From: the human T2T-CHM13v2.0 reference genome, Homo sapiens | Assembly (NCBI RefSeq): GCF_009914755.1 | Contig: NC_060935.1 | Reading direction: 5' to 3' (one strand) | DNA length: 64,000 nucleotides | In this document: positions 35,467-49,060 of the stretch, one piece after another | Numbering within the stretch: position 1 is the first letter of the stretch | Layout of the letters: every line of letters begins with the position of its first letter | Position numbers and translations under genes: made by a program | The notes under the pieces: model-generated | The model's input: only the letters and a program-made list of their open reading frames with translations | Database searches by the model: none | What the model was told of the DNA's origin: nothing

Positions 35467-38400
35467 TATTTTGAAATGTTGTATTTCCACTTAGTTTTGT
35501 GATTAAGAAAGTTTTCTTTTGAAACTTCCTCTTTGACTCACGGATATTTAGAAGTGTGCTGGTTTTCAAGTGTTTGGAGATTCTCCTGTTATCTTTCTGT
35601 TATTTACTTCTAGTTTAATTCCACTGTGGTCTCAAAACATAGTCCGTATGATTTCAATTATTTTAAAATGTTGATGTTTGTTTTATAGCCCAGAGTACAG
35701 CCTCTTGGTATCTGTTCCTTGAGCAATTGAAAAGAATGTCTACTCTGCTGTTGCATGGATTATTCTTTAAAGGCTGATTAGATATGATTGATGGTGTTGA
35801 TGAAAATTCTTCTATATCCTTGCTGGTTTTCTGTCTAGTTGTTTTATTGAATTGTTGAGAGAGGAGTGTGGAAGTCTCCAACTATAATTGTGGATTTGTC
35901 TATTTCTCCTTTCAGTTACGTCAGTTTTTGCTCTAATGTTTTGAAGCTCTGCTGTTTGTGCATACACGTTTAGGATTGCTATGTCTTCATGGTGGATTGT
36001 CATGAAATGTTCCTTTCTGTCTCTGGTAATTTTCTTTGTTTTATAGGTCTATCTTTCCAGTTTTAATATAGCCACTCCTGCTTTCTTTTGATGAATATTT
36101 GCATGATACATCTTTTTCACCATTTTACTTTGAACCTACCTATGTTGTTGAATTTGAAGTTAATTTTTGTACGTAAGAAATATTAGGTCATTAAAAAAAA
36201 CTGTTCCTCCTCCACCCCATACACACTTAAACACTCTGTCAATCTCTGTCTTTTGATCAGTATATGTAGATCATTTACATTTAAGGCAATTCTTGATACC
36301 TTAGAGCTTAAGTATGCCATTTTATTATTTTCTATTTGCTTCCTCTGGCTTTATTATTCTGCTTTTTTTTGCCTTCCTGTGGGTTTTAAAGAATTTTTTT
36401 GGAATTTCATCTTGATTTATTTATTGCTTTAGAGATATACGCACTCCAAATATATAGTTTTTGTAGTAGTTGCTCTGGATATTACAATATACACCTGTAG
36501 CATATCACATTCTTCTGGTACCAACATTTTACCACTTTGAATGAAGTATGGGAACTTCATTTCCATTTAGGTCCTTTTATCTTTTCCACTTTTCAATATC
36601 ATTGTTTTGAGTATCAAATGGTGTTATAATTTTTGTTTCAAGTATCAAATATGACTTATAAAACTCATGAGGATTGTCATACATACTCTTTTTTCCTGAT
36701 GCTCCGAATTTTCCATCATTTACTTTGTTTAAAAAACTTTCTTTAGCAAATCTTTACAGGTATATCTGCTAGTGACACATTCCTGACATGTTCTTTCATC
36801 TGAGTATGTCCTTATTCTTTCTTCATTCATTGAGGTTAGTTTCACTGGATATGGGATTCTGGGTTGACAGTTCTTTTTCTTTCTGCACTTGTAAAATGTT
36901 GTGCCACTTCCTTCTGGCCTCCATGGTTTCAAATGATAAATCCTGTCATTTGAATTGTGTTTTCCTATAGGTAAGTTGTTGGTTCTGTTTTCAAGATTTT
37001 GTCTTTAGTTTCCAGACATTCAATTATGATGCCTTTGCATTTATCCTGCTTGGGTTTGAGTTTCTTAAATGTGTAGGTTTATGTCTTTTACCACATTTGT
37101 TCAGTTTTCAGCCATTATTTCCCTGAATACCGTTTCAGCCTTACGCTCTCTCCTTCTGGAACTCTGATACAAATGTTGGCTCTTTTGTTAGTGTTCCACG
37201 GGTCCCTGATACTCTATTATTATTTTTTCCAGTCTGTTCTGTTGTTCAGATTGTGATCAAATTCTATCAATCTGTCCTCAAGTTTACTGATTCTATCCTC
37301 TGTCATCTCCACTCTGCTATTGAGCCCATACACTGAGATTTCTGCTATTGTATTTTTCAGTTTAACAATTTCCATTTGGTTCTTTTGTATAATTTCTATT
37401 TATTTGCTCAGATTATATATATTTTTTCATTTAAGATAATTTGGTTTCTGACACATTTTAGAGTGGCTGTTTTAAAAATCATCTTAATGTTGACATTGTC
37501 TTTTCTCATTGAAATTGTGATTTTCCTGGTTCTTGGTGAGACAGGTGATTTTTAATTGTATCCTGGACATTTTGTCTATTATATAAGAGACTCTGGGTCC
37601 TACATAAATCTTTTTATTTTAGCAGTCACCTGTTTAGTTTCAGCATCCAGATCTGGCCTGTGTTTGGGATGGGGGCGCCCAATGACAACTTAATTTTCAG
37701 AGCTTTTGTGGTGTGTTATTTTGATGTTTCCAGTCAAGGAGGCCTCTTTGTTCCTCATGCGTGAGACAGCCCTGGCTGGGTATTTTTTGTGGTGGAATCC
37801 TTCCCATACCGTCTGGCTGTTTCAGTGTCTTTGGACAGGGGAAGGGAATCTTACAGCAGCTGTGGCGAATTAGCTTCCCAGGATGAGCTGCCTGTTGTGG
37901 CTGGGTCCCTCTTGCTGTTGTTGCCTGACCAACTATCTTTCAGGGGTGAGGGGAGTCTCAGGCCTAGCAGGAAAGGTCATTTATTACTAGTGGAGCTCTT
38001 ATCAGTCCATCTTGCCGATGGTTCCTGCTTCACCCAGTGGTGTCAGAGGGCTTCTCATTGATCAGGGAAAGGGGCATTTCTGAGCTGCCCTGTGTTGCTA
38101 GTTGGGAAAGGTCAGGCCTTGGGTCACCTTCTTCTACTGGTGAGGAGATGTAAGATGCTCTGCCACTGTGTTGTTCCCCCACTCCTAGAGTTCTAAGCCA
38201 ATTTCACTGCCTCTTATCCCCTTTCAAGATTCTCTTTTGGCTGTCTGTGGTATATTTACAGGATTTATAGTTGTACTTAGCAGAGAGGAGCATGGAGACA
38301 CAAGTCTGCCATTTTGTGTAAAACAAATTCTCAGTCCAATTATTTTTATATTTATCATAGCTTTCTGATTTCTGATACGATTTTCATAAATTTGAGATAC

Positions 38401-39419
38401 CCAGCCTAGACACAAGAATTTAGGAAAGTCTGGATGGTCCTCACATACATAATTTGTGCCTGCTTTATTATGAAAGAAGTATTGTCTTACCTATTTTAAG
38501 AGGAAAAGGTTAAAAAAAAAAAAAGAATCTGTGGTCAGAATGAGGTGCCAGCTGAATGTACCCAGGACACAAGATCTATTGTGAGCATTAAATGAAATAC
38601 TACATGTAATACATTCGTCACCAGTGCATGCATGCAGCTAAGTACCCAATAAATGTTACTGTTCCCACTCTTCTACACAGCCCAATTTTTCCCTTCTCTG
38701 TTTAAAGTCCTTGAGGACAGAAATAATTTGTCTTTTTCACCTTGTATCACTAGGGTCTGGAACAGTATCTGGCAATAACAGTTTAGCTGCCTGAATAACA
38801 TTTTATCACTTTTAACATTTTCATTTCCCCAAGCCATGCTCTTTCCTTCTTTTCAGTTTTTTTTTTTTCTTAAACTCCCTGTGATTCAGTTTCTTGTACG
38901 AATTATAATGCTTACTTAAGGCTTTCCCCTCACTTGCTGTGCCATCAAGCAGGAAGCGTCTTGTGTTCATGTATTTTGATGATTCTCTGCTACTTAATCA
39001 TCCCCTTCTTGGGAAAAGATACATATTTCCTTTCCTCCTGAAAATTTTAGGCAGTAACAATCACAGCCCCTGTGATCTGGCAGAGGAGGCGCATTTCTTT
39101 GTAGCACTCATTTTATTTGCTTAGAGTAATGGAACTACCTCACAAGTTTTTAGCTGATTTATTCACTTCATGGCAGATAAAGCGGCTGCAAGGAGAAGTC
39201 CTAAATTTAATTCCAAGTTACTGTAATCTAATATCAAGTCTAGACTACAACAACTAGCATTTAAATCTTAATGTCTCCAAAGCCTATATATTACCATGTA
39301 AAATTCAACTCCAGAAAACATATATTTTGCTTTAACAAATGTTAAAATATATTTTGATCTAAAAATGTGTATGTGTTCTGGTGCTGCACTATGTGAACAC
39401 ACATTAAAGAACAATGCTT

Positions 39420-39710
39420 GGCCGGGCGCGGTGGCTCACGCCTGTAATCCCAGCACTTTGGGAGGCCATGGCGGGTGGATCACCTGAGGTCGGGTGTTCA
39501 AGACCAGCCTGACCAACATGGAGAAACCTCGTCTCTACTAAAAATACAAAATTGGCTGGGCGTGGTGGCGCATGCCTGTAATCCTAGCTACTCAGGAAGC
39601 TGAGGCAGAAGAATCACTTGAACCCGAGAGGCGGAGGTTGCCATGAGCCAATATTGTGCCATTGCACTCCAGCCTGGACAACGAGGGTGAGACTCTGTCT
39701 CAATAAAAAA
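39420..39710 (+). mobile_element. AluS (Sp/Sq-like)
   Basis: Full dimer from GGCCGGGCGCGGTGG; imperfect TSD aaagaacaatg / aaggagcaatg. Confidence 0.95.
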
Positions 39711-40125
39711 AGGAGCAATGGTCATCTAATAAATACCATCATCTGTGTGTACTTCATTGGGATTTCAAAACAAAACTTTCCAAATTACAACCCAGAGCCC
39801 TCTGTCAATTAATTCTACCATAACATCTGACACTATGGAGTGCAGAGCTAGAGTTCATGGTATTTAAAAACAAACCTGAATGCAACATGAAGGTGGCTCA
39901 GGAACGGGGTAAAATGCTAGCTCAGGGTAAGTCAGCACAGAATTCAAGAATACTTAGAAACTTACCTTATGAGAAATCCTCGCAGCCAGAATAGATGTTG
40001 AAGAAAGTAAACATTTTATCCAACTTTATTATTCAGGGAATAAAAATTATTTACTAACTTTTTTTGTAATGAATTTTTCTTTGCATTGGAATAGGCAGTT
40101 TGTAAAGATGTTCTCTGTGTCGTTA

Positions 40126-40447
<322 letters not shown>

Positions 40448-41144
40448 TTAAACACTTGCCACCAAAATTTGGATGAAGATACATAATATTCTTAGAATTA
40501 TTTTTTCAGCAGAAACAATATGGCATTGGTTCAAAGATATACATTAGATTCCTTCGAAGCAATGTCATGTCATGAAAAGTAGAAAAGCACAAAGGAGATA
40601 ATCTCTTAAATTCAGTGCTTTTAGATTAAGACTCTTTTTAAAAAGTGAAATTATCATTGTGTTTCTGTAATATTTAGAGAGAAATCCTGTCTGGACTAAA
40701 GTAGAATATGTTTTTGAATCCCTTTGAAATAGTGATTAACTTTACACAGAGGGAACCTCAGCCAACTTTCAGATGGCAAAGCTGTAGTAGTCATGACAAT
40801 CTCGTCATATTAAATACATTTATATGACCTGAAAAGCACTGATGTCTTGGTATGTGTCTGGGGTCATCTGGGTATTCTGGTTAGAATGGTCCAAACTTAG
40901 ATAAGAAAATCTCACACAATCGAAGTGATCTTATGGTTCTTTGACATAAGAATACTGACTATATCTCATTCCAGGAGCACAGTGAAAACACAATGCTAAG
41001 AAAATGAAGACTTTGTATCTAAAACATGACTTGTTTGTTTGGTAAATAACATTAGAAAAAAAGTATTTTAAAAAACCACTTTTCCTAAAAAGACAGACTG
41101 ACCACAGGTTCTGACTAAAAGCTCAAGGTTCAAATTCAACATTA

Positions 41145-41202
41145 ATTATACTCTATGAAATTTCCAATGTTAGATTATACTCTATGAAATTTCCAATGTT
41201 AG
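41145..41202. repeat. Perfect 29-bp tandem duplication
   Basis: attatactctatgaaatttccaatgttag twice (41145-41173, 41174-41202). Confidence 0.95.
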
Positions 41203-41264
41203 GCAGAGATTGGGATCATTAACTAGAACAATTCTACAAAGGGCAATATTGCTCTGGTGGGATG

Positions 41265-43586
41265 GTTAATTCTGCAGAATGGCATTTTATTTAACAGACA
41301 GCATGGACTTCATACATATCCATTATCAGTGCCTTGAAAACCAAACAACTTTAAAAGTTAGCAGCAGTTTCTGCAAGTACAAAAATACACATTTATTACA
41401 TAACATATGGTAGTAAAATTTGTCAAGATATATTATACAAACTCAAAGCATTTTAGATAAAGCATCAGTCTAATATATTATAGATTGATGGAGTATAATA
41501 AAATGACATATAGTCTGTCTTCAAATCATACAATATAATACTTTACAGCAATATTAACAAACTATTCACATTAAGAATTACAGGAGTATCTAAGGGAACA
41601 CAGATAGTAGGAATGGTTATTAAAAAACCTCAGCAACTATTTTCTTCTATGCTTCAAATTGGGTGAATGATTTTTTACCTGCTAACATGAAAAAAAAAAA
41701 AAGGCAATTTCTTCCAGAAAGACACTCCAAGCCGTTAAGAGCTTCATTCACATCTTGCAGTTCTGACTGACAGTAGTATGCCCTAAGGGAAAGGGGAGTC
41801 CCTGCTGACTTTATATATTATACCAAAAAAGAGGCATATGGACACTTAGAAGTCTTAATATGTAGGACTGGTTAGTTATAAAGTGAAATCGACTTCACAT
41901 CTGTGACTCAGATGGCCAGTGTCACGAAGTAGCTCTTTGGATACAGAGTTCTAAAAGATCATTGTAATGGTTAGCGCAAACAGGGCCATGTCCCCAAGAG
42001 GTAGGTAGCACCTATAGCTAATACTGAAATAACTTCTTCTATCTTAGAGAAAATATTTTTTCCCCTATAACTGAAAATGCAACCTTTAGAACAAAAAAGA
42101 AAGAACATTTGATATGACCATTTTCTGGTGATTAATAAGACAAATAATTTGGAATAAGCTAGCTTGTGAGAGAAAGGTCCATCTGATGGTGAACTAAAGA
42201 GTTTAAATAAATGGGCTCAGAGCAACTTCTTATAGGTTAGTAGTTAATGTGAAAGAAGATGCACATCCATTTTTAGTGCCATCCCTGCATACTAGTTGGC
42301 AAGGCCTGATAATCTATTCCTAGGTGACGAGATGTACTGCTGCAACCTTTAAGTCAAGAAAGCAGAGAAAGAAAGGTCCATGGATATAAAATAAACCAAT
42401 GGGGTATAAGCCATGAAACATTTGGGGCAAAAATATGGAACAACGTCTGGAAGCAAAACCCAAAGCAAATGGCTGTCTGAGAAGGCCTGGCAGCCACTTT
42501 GTTGGGTATTCTATTGTGGGACTCCTTATAACCGGCCAACCTCAATATTGCTCTCTCAATTGCCAAACTACAAAAATCAGAAAAGGGATGATTTATAAGT
42601 ATGTTTTTCTGGCTGACTGTAATCTAAGAGGCAGGACTGTGCAGAAACATTTCAGCAAAGTGATGCCATGGTTTGATCACATTTTAACAGCATTTGTGTA
42701 ATTGAGAAAGGACAGTTGTTGTGGTCTTTTCCTCCATATTGAGAGTGAACGCTGTCAGGAGGTCACCTTCTAAATAGAAGAAGTTGCATTTCTGAAGAAT
42801 GTTCCTAGGCAGAGATACCTTTGAAAGGGTACTGAAATGGGCAGCCATTTTCTTCTTTCTCCTCACAACTCTGTTTCCTGAAGCCTTGCAAAGCACTTCA
42901 ACATGAATGAAAAAACAAACCGACAAATACAACCAACAAAACTGATATCATGGTACCCATGGCTTTTGAGTCACTCTGTTTTTCTCCACTCTAGCTGTAG
43001 CAATGGGCTGGTTCTTGGAATGATTCTGTAAGGACACGTGATTAGTAAGATCCCACAAAAATGGCCACTGGCTTAGATTTAGGGAAAGATTTTATATGAT
43101 GTTCTTCATTACTGGACACACTTAATGCTTTGATTAGTGGCATTTTTCTTGCCTACTTATTAAAAACATTCCATGGAATGTAGATGGTTTCTCTGTACCC
43201 TTCCCCTCTCTCCTCAGGCCCCTATTCCTCATTCCTGATATCTTGGTCTTCTCAGGACATCAATCTCACAGACTGTTCCCATAAGTGCTTCCTCTGCAGA
43301 AGATGCTTTCTCTAGCCCTCTGTTAGTATCTCTAAAACCACATGACAGGACCAATACCAACCTTTAATAAGAAAAAGCCTCCCAAACACTTAGGTGACAA
43401 AATTTTTAGCATAAAGTATTTGTCAAGTAGTCTCAATAAAGAGAATTATTTCGTTGTCCTAAGTATTAGCAATGATAATCCTTATGCTACCTCTCCCAGG
43501 TATCTTATACAAAGGGGTCATAATAATTATTGTCTATTATTATTAACCCAGTTCCTGTTCTTGTGGACATCAGATTCTTACTATGC
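41265..43586 (-). other. ARHGAP20: ARHGAP20 3' UTR (distal end inferred)
   Basis: Repeat-free AT-rich sequence between the stop codon and the poly(A) signals. Confidence 0.65.
41286..41397 (-). terminator. ARHGAP20: Two candidate polyadenylation signals for ARHGAP20
   Basis: AATAAA on minus at 41392-41397 (context TGTAATAAATGTGTATTTTTGT) and at 41286-41291. Confidence 0.6.
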
Positions 43587-45442
43587 TTAAATGTCTTTGG
43601 TTAAATACCTGTCCTCAATGTCGCAGACCACTGTAGGCCCTGAGTCTGGGCTGGTCGCATCCTCTAGAGTCCAAGAGCTGGCTGAGGCTCTTTCCCAAGG
43701 CAGAGAACCAGAAGAGCTCTGACTACCAGGCTCTATTTCCTCATGTGACTTCATGCACAGCTTAAGTCTGCTCTCCACCAGGCTGAATGGAGAGCTACAG
43801 TGTCTCTCTGAGTCCTGGAAGGGAGAAGAACTACACCTTTGGGCTGACTGCACAGGGGACAGTCCTTCAGCTGCCCTTAAGGGCAAGTCTTTTTGTTCCT
43901 CTTGCAGTGAGTTGGCTTCTGGAACACCAGAAGCATGTGGGGGTGGCTCTAAGGGTCCTTTTGGAGAAGCTATTTTCTCTTCCTCTGGTCTGGCTGCCTT
44001 TGCTTTCTTTTTGAGGGACCAGTTTTTCAAACTGGCCACACCATTTCTCAACCATGTGCTGGGATGAAGAGTTACAGAATGCATTTGTGAATGCCACTCC
44101 ATGGTGTCCTTCTTTGTATAGGCTGGGCGGCTGCAAGCCTGCCCTGATGAGGGACCGGGCATTCCGGAAACATGGCTGGCATTGCTAAAGTCAGGAGAAA
44201 GGTCTTCCCGTTTTCTCTGAGCCTGAAAAGTGCAATCTATTGGAGAGGAAGTCTCAGTGGGTGTAAACACAGAGTGTTCAGAAATCTGAGAAAAAGCACT
44301 GTCTTGGGAGCTTACTGATGAGCCGGATGGGGAAGTGCCTGGGGAGGATAAGCTGGAATAGCTGGTCCTTGGGCAAAGGTTTAATCTTGGGGGTAAAACC
44401 TTCTCAGTGTTTTGGTTTGTGGCACTACTCTTGCCCACCTCAATCCCCATGACTAAACTCTGATTAATGAGCTTCTGCCCCTCCATTTGCAAAGACTTAT
44501 GCCGTTTGAGATAATCCTCCTCTCCATGCAAGAGACCAGCTTCACAGCTGGTTTTATGTTGTTTCTTTGAATAAATTCCCCTGAGATAGGTCAGCTTGCG
44601 GTTCTGGTCTTCTATGTTGGGCTCTGAGCAGCGCCGATGTGTCCTTGGACCCTTGAGGGCATCTGCTGTGTGTGGTGGGGAGTATCCAGATGTATTCACA
44701 TCAAAGGGCTGGTTCTTGGAATGATCCTGTGAGGACATAGGACTATAAGATGCCACAGAAATGGCCACTGGCTTAGACTTAGGGAAAAGTTTCACGTGAT
44801 TTCCTTCACTACCAGACAAGCTTTTCTTCTTAGTGTTTTGAGTAGTGGCATTTTTCTTGCTGACATCAGTGCCTGTGACTAAACTCTGTTTAAAACATGT
44901 CTTTCCTTCCTCCTGGAGGGGTTGATTCTGCTTCAGATAGTCTTCATCTTTTTGAGAAAGAATTGCATCACAGCTGGACTTGCGTAGCTTTTTCTGATAA
45001 AACTCCCTGAGGTAGGAAAGCTTTGAATCCAGATAGTCGATGCTGGGCTCTGAGCAACGCCGGTGTCGCCTCAGGCTTTTTGCAGCATTTGCTGCAGCTG
45101 TGGACAGGTAGCTGGGTGTGCACATGGCAGATGGGGCCCTGGCATGATCCCGCAGTGGGATCTTTGTGTACACTAAAATGTTCACCGGCTTGGATTCAAG
45201 AGGCCGTTTCATTTGAACATCTTCATCTTTAGAATGGGCCAAGTCAAAGTCGCTTAGGGTTAAAAGGCCTTCCACCTCGGGCTGGTCAAGATCATAGTCA
45301 CTGAGGGTTAAGACAGAGTCCATGCTTCTGCTCCCCTGGCCAAGTTTCTTTACCAAGTCACTGCATGGTGCATCAACATCCTCATTTAGCTCATTTTCCA
45401 AGCTGTCATAGGAGGAGTCATTCAGTTGAAAGCAAGAAATAT
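43587..45442 (-). CDS. ARHGAP20: ARHGAP20 last coding exon (long disordered C-terminal tail)
   Basis: Acceptor tttttttgacag|AT at 45442 completes phase-1 Asp codon; 618 further codons to TAA; ends DIEDRYLTKDI, recognised as ARHGAP20. Confidence 0.93.
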
Positions 45443-46537
45443 CTGTCAAAAAAATTAAACCATGATTAACATATTTACTTACCACAAATATACTCATGCT
45501 TCCTTAAGAACAAATTCTCTTTTCATGTGAAGTGTTCAAATTCCTACTCTCAAGAAAGAGAGAATCTTTCACAATCTCAATTGTTAGTGAAGAATAAAAA
45601 TAAAATTGCTGGGGTATAGGAGATTTATCTCAGTTCCTGACGAATGGGCTTTCCTTAAGTAAGATTTTCTTAAAGCAATGAACATGTCATATGACCAAGA
45701 AATGGTAAAAAATATGAAGGAATTATTGCCTTCATGGTATAAGTATATCCAGATTCTGAGTAAGACTCTGCCTTCTAACAGATTGCTAGTGGTTATACAT
45801 ACTTAACACTAGTCTTGGGGAAACCATTTACTAACTCTAACAATGTCTCTTTTACAAAGTTCCTTAATATCCATTACCTTATTTAATCTTTACAACAACC
45901 ATAAAAGTTAGACATTATTTTTATCCACATTTTAGAGATAAAGACAATGATGTTCAGTGGCATAGAATAATTGGCCAAAGATAACATATCTAGTAATTGA
46001 TGGCACAAGGATTCATATTCTGAAGGCAGCTGTATGTCTTCGAATTCAGTGTTCCCCCACCTCAAATGATGCTAGTTGTTTCAAACTGTTTCATAGCACA
46101 CTAGAATTCTGACGTGTCTGAGGGACCAGTACAAGGAAGGAGAGGACAAAAAAAAAAAAAAAAAACATTCATGCCTCTACTACCTCTGGGCTTTCTACAC
46201 CAGTTTCAACCATAGCAGTTCTATTATATATATTAGGGTTATTCATAAAGTTAAAAAGCCCATCAAAAAACATCATACCACAGCATGCTGCCACTAACTT
46301 ATTGAAGGCTGGAACCTAATCTTTATATAGTTCTTAATCCCACTACACTGTTAACATATGCTGACCTATTGGCAGGCCATCTAAGGAAGGATCAAAAAGC
46401 CCTGGGCCCCATTGACCTGGATCAGAGGCTCCTTTCACTTCAGCTGCTGTGGGCTCCAGGAAAACCCCTATCCCAGCACGTTTACAAACAAACATGTGTC
46501 TATTTCTCACAAAAACCAATCCAATTATTCACAATAC

Positions 46538-46652
46538 CTGAGGCATTCTCTCTAGTGTCACATCTCACTGAAACCTCTCTGAAGAGGGAAGTGATTTCTT
46601 CTCCAAATATCCTAAGGCAATTCTCAATCAGAAATTGTATAAGCAGGGAAAC
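46538..46652 (-). CDS. ARHGAP20: ARHGAP20 exon, end of RhoGAP domain (VSLLIQFLIENCLRIFGEEITSLFREVSVRCDTRENAS)
   Basis: cttacag|GTT ... TCAG|gtattg; 115 bp, phase 0 to 1; LIEN..IF motif of the final RhoGAP helix. Confidence 0.93.
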
Positions 46653-47764
46653 CTGTAAGAAAAAGGACAAACGAAGTATTACTTTTCATATTACATGTTT
46701 ATAAATCACATTTCATATATAAATCCTGATTTTTAACAAAAAGCACATCTACCCAGAGAAAAATTCATATCGGCTTTAAAAGTACATTAAACAGTTTCCC
46801 TAAAAAACTATGATACTTTTAAAAGTAGTTTGGGCATAGAAATGTAATCAGTGGACTAAAGTTATTATTTGTAGCCTTGGCTTAATGTTTTATACCAATG
46901 GCTCTGTCTGTAAAATTGGGTAAAGAAATATATTTTGTTATTAAAATTTATAAAGCATCATTAGACAAAGACTTATAAAAACTATTTCTTGTGTAAAGGG
47001 CAGGCTGTCATAAGCTTGGGAAGAGGGCTCATCTGCGAGTGCACTGTGAAGGAGAAAGACAGCTAGAAAGAAAACTTGTGTTCCTGACTAGTCTCTACCC
47101 AGTCATTTGGCTGACAGGTCTATCCATGTACTGCCACCTTCTGATAGGCTCCCTAACAAGAGGTGCTTGCAGGGAAAGGTAAGAGTTTACTAGGGAGCTT
47201 TGTGACTCCATTGAGAGGTACTGGAACCTTTCTGAAGTTCCCTTGCCCCAGTAGCTGAGGCCAAGGGGCAGGAGAAATGTTAAGAGCAAAGGGAACTGAT
47301 ATCCCCACACCCCTTATTAACTGTCAGGGACTACAGGAGTGTGATTTCAAGTAACTACTGTATTATCACCGACTCCATTTTATTTTTAGATGAGGACACT
47401 GTGGGTCAATGTAATTTTGCCCAAGACTGTACATCTGGCAAGGGGTGGAGCTGAGAATGGAAGCTTAGCTGTCCTAGTTCCAAAGTCCTTTTTTTCTTTT
47501 CATTTAAAAAATCTTATCAGCTGCTTTATCACTTTATGGTTTTAATCATGGTGTTTAGCCTCCTTAAAGGGAAAAGAGAAGTAACCCATCTGCTATCATT
47601 TTCTACTTAACAATTCACTTTCCTATAGTCTACCAGTAAAGTCAAATTTATAAGGATACGGTATATTTAAGTTATTTAAGAAATCATCTTTTAGAATACC
47701 CCAAATTTCAGTTTCAAAACGGGGACTCAGTCTCCCAGGGCATAAAAATGAAAAACTTCATTAC

Positions 47765-47954
47765 CTTTTTTGTAAATTCGTTTTCTAGTTCTGGGCTGGA
47801 GGAAGCAGGAGGCCAAAGAATACTTGGAGCGACACACACAGCTAAATTAAATGCAGTCATCTGATTGGATGAGGAATGTTGCTCAATGTTGTGTAACACC
47901 CCAAAAAGATACCTTAGGAGAACAACATTGGCTCTCGGAAGCTGGTCTAATAGC
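47765..47954 (-). CDS. ARHGAP20: ARHGAP20 RhoGAP exon (LLDQLPRAN...NQMTAFNLAVCVAPSIL...FTKK)
   Basis: tctttag|G ... AAG|gtaatg; 190 bp, phase 2 to 0; NxMxxxNLA motif. Confidence 0.95.
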
Positions 47955-49060
47955 CTAAAGACAGAAAAATTACTCTTTAAGCAAGACATTTCATTCAAAA
48001 ACTTGTAAAGACAAGCAACTCTCACTTTGAATGGGGAAGAGGGAAATCAAGAACACAGTTCAGATATGCAAGAGTTTCAGTTAACATGGTACCATACAAA
48101 GTGAGGACTGCCTGTACAGAAAGAAAAAATAGGCATTGGGAATTTATTTTTTGTTTTTGTATATTGTCTTCACATCTCAAAGAAAATGTAAAAGAATGCA
48201 GAAAAATATTTCATTAAAAAAAATGCTGCCTGAAATATTTCCCTGAAACTAGCATAATGCAAACTTAGGCCAATCCTGTAACATTTCAGAATACTTTCAA
48301 CCAAAAACAACAAAAAGCTTTCTGATAAAATTAAACAGCAATTTATAAAATGCTCATTTAAGTAGCAAAACAGAAATGCTGTCTCTTGGTAAGAACCCAA
48401 ACCTTAGCTATCAAGACGTCCAGGTCCATTTTGAGAGCTTATGTTCTGCTCCACCAACTTCCAAGGTCAATTTTGTCCTAAATCTGTTTCATTGTATCAC
48501 TTTCACATATCAGTTGCTTATAGTAGATTTTCTGCTGTTCTCATGTTGTAATTGATAAGGGATTTGTAAATGATCAGTCAGCAAAAATGACTACTATTAT
48601 CCAAAAAAGTTACAAATATACTGATATTCATGACTGTTTTTTTTTTTTTCAATAGAAACCTGCAACCTAGGGAAAAGATGATAGTCTGACTGCTGCTTGC
48701 ACAAATAGCAGGGAGGCCTTTCTTTAGTACAATGGACTGACAATGAGCATAGTTTTTGTAAGGGTAAGTTATGAAGGACTTTGAAATAGAACAAAAGATT
48801 ACTGGGTGTATTCAATGGAAAATAAGGCATCTAGCATAAGCTTTTGGGTTTTCTGCTTCTATGGGGCCCTAAGATTTTTCACAATAAGAGCTATTTTACA
48901 ACTCTGTGTAAGTTATAACTAACTGATAGCAGTGCATCTAATACTTGTCTAAAGATGTGAAAATTCTGGTGGAGAGAACTGATTGATCTGCATCCCTGCC
49001 CTGATAGAAGAGGTCAGTTTTGTTTGTATTTATTTGCAAATTCACTTTAGCATTTCTGAT

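Noticed and set aside
43587-43601. C-terminal TKDI as a class I PDZ ligand
   Set aside because: Thr is at position -3, not -2, so it does not fit the S/T-x-hydrophobic consensus.
45443-45497. ATG start of the 636-aa ORF as an independent single-exon gene
   Set aside because: The first 18 codons are intronic; a clear acceptor at 45442 joins in phase to the upstream RhoGAP exons.
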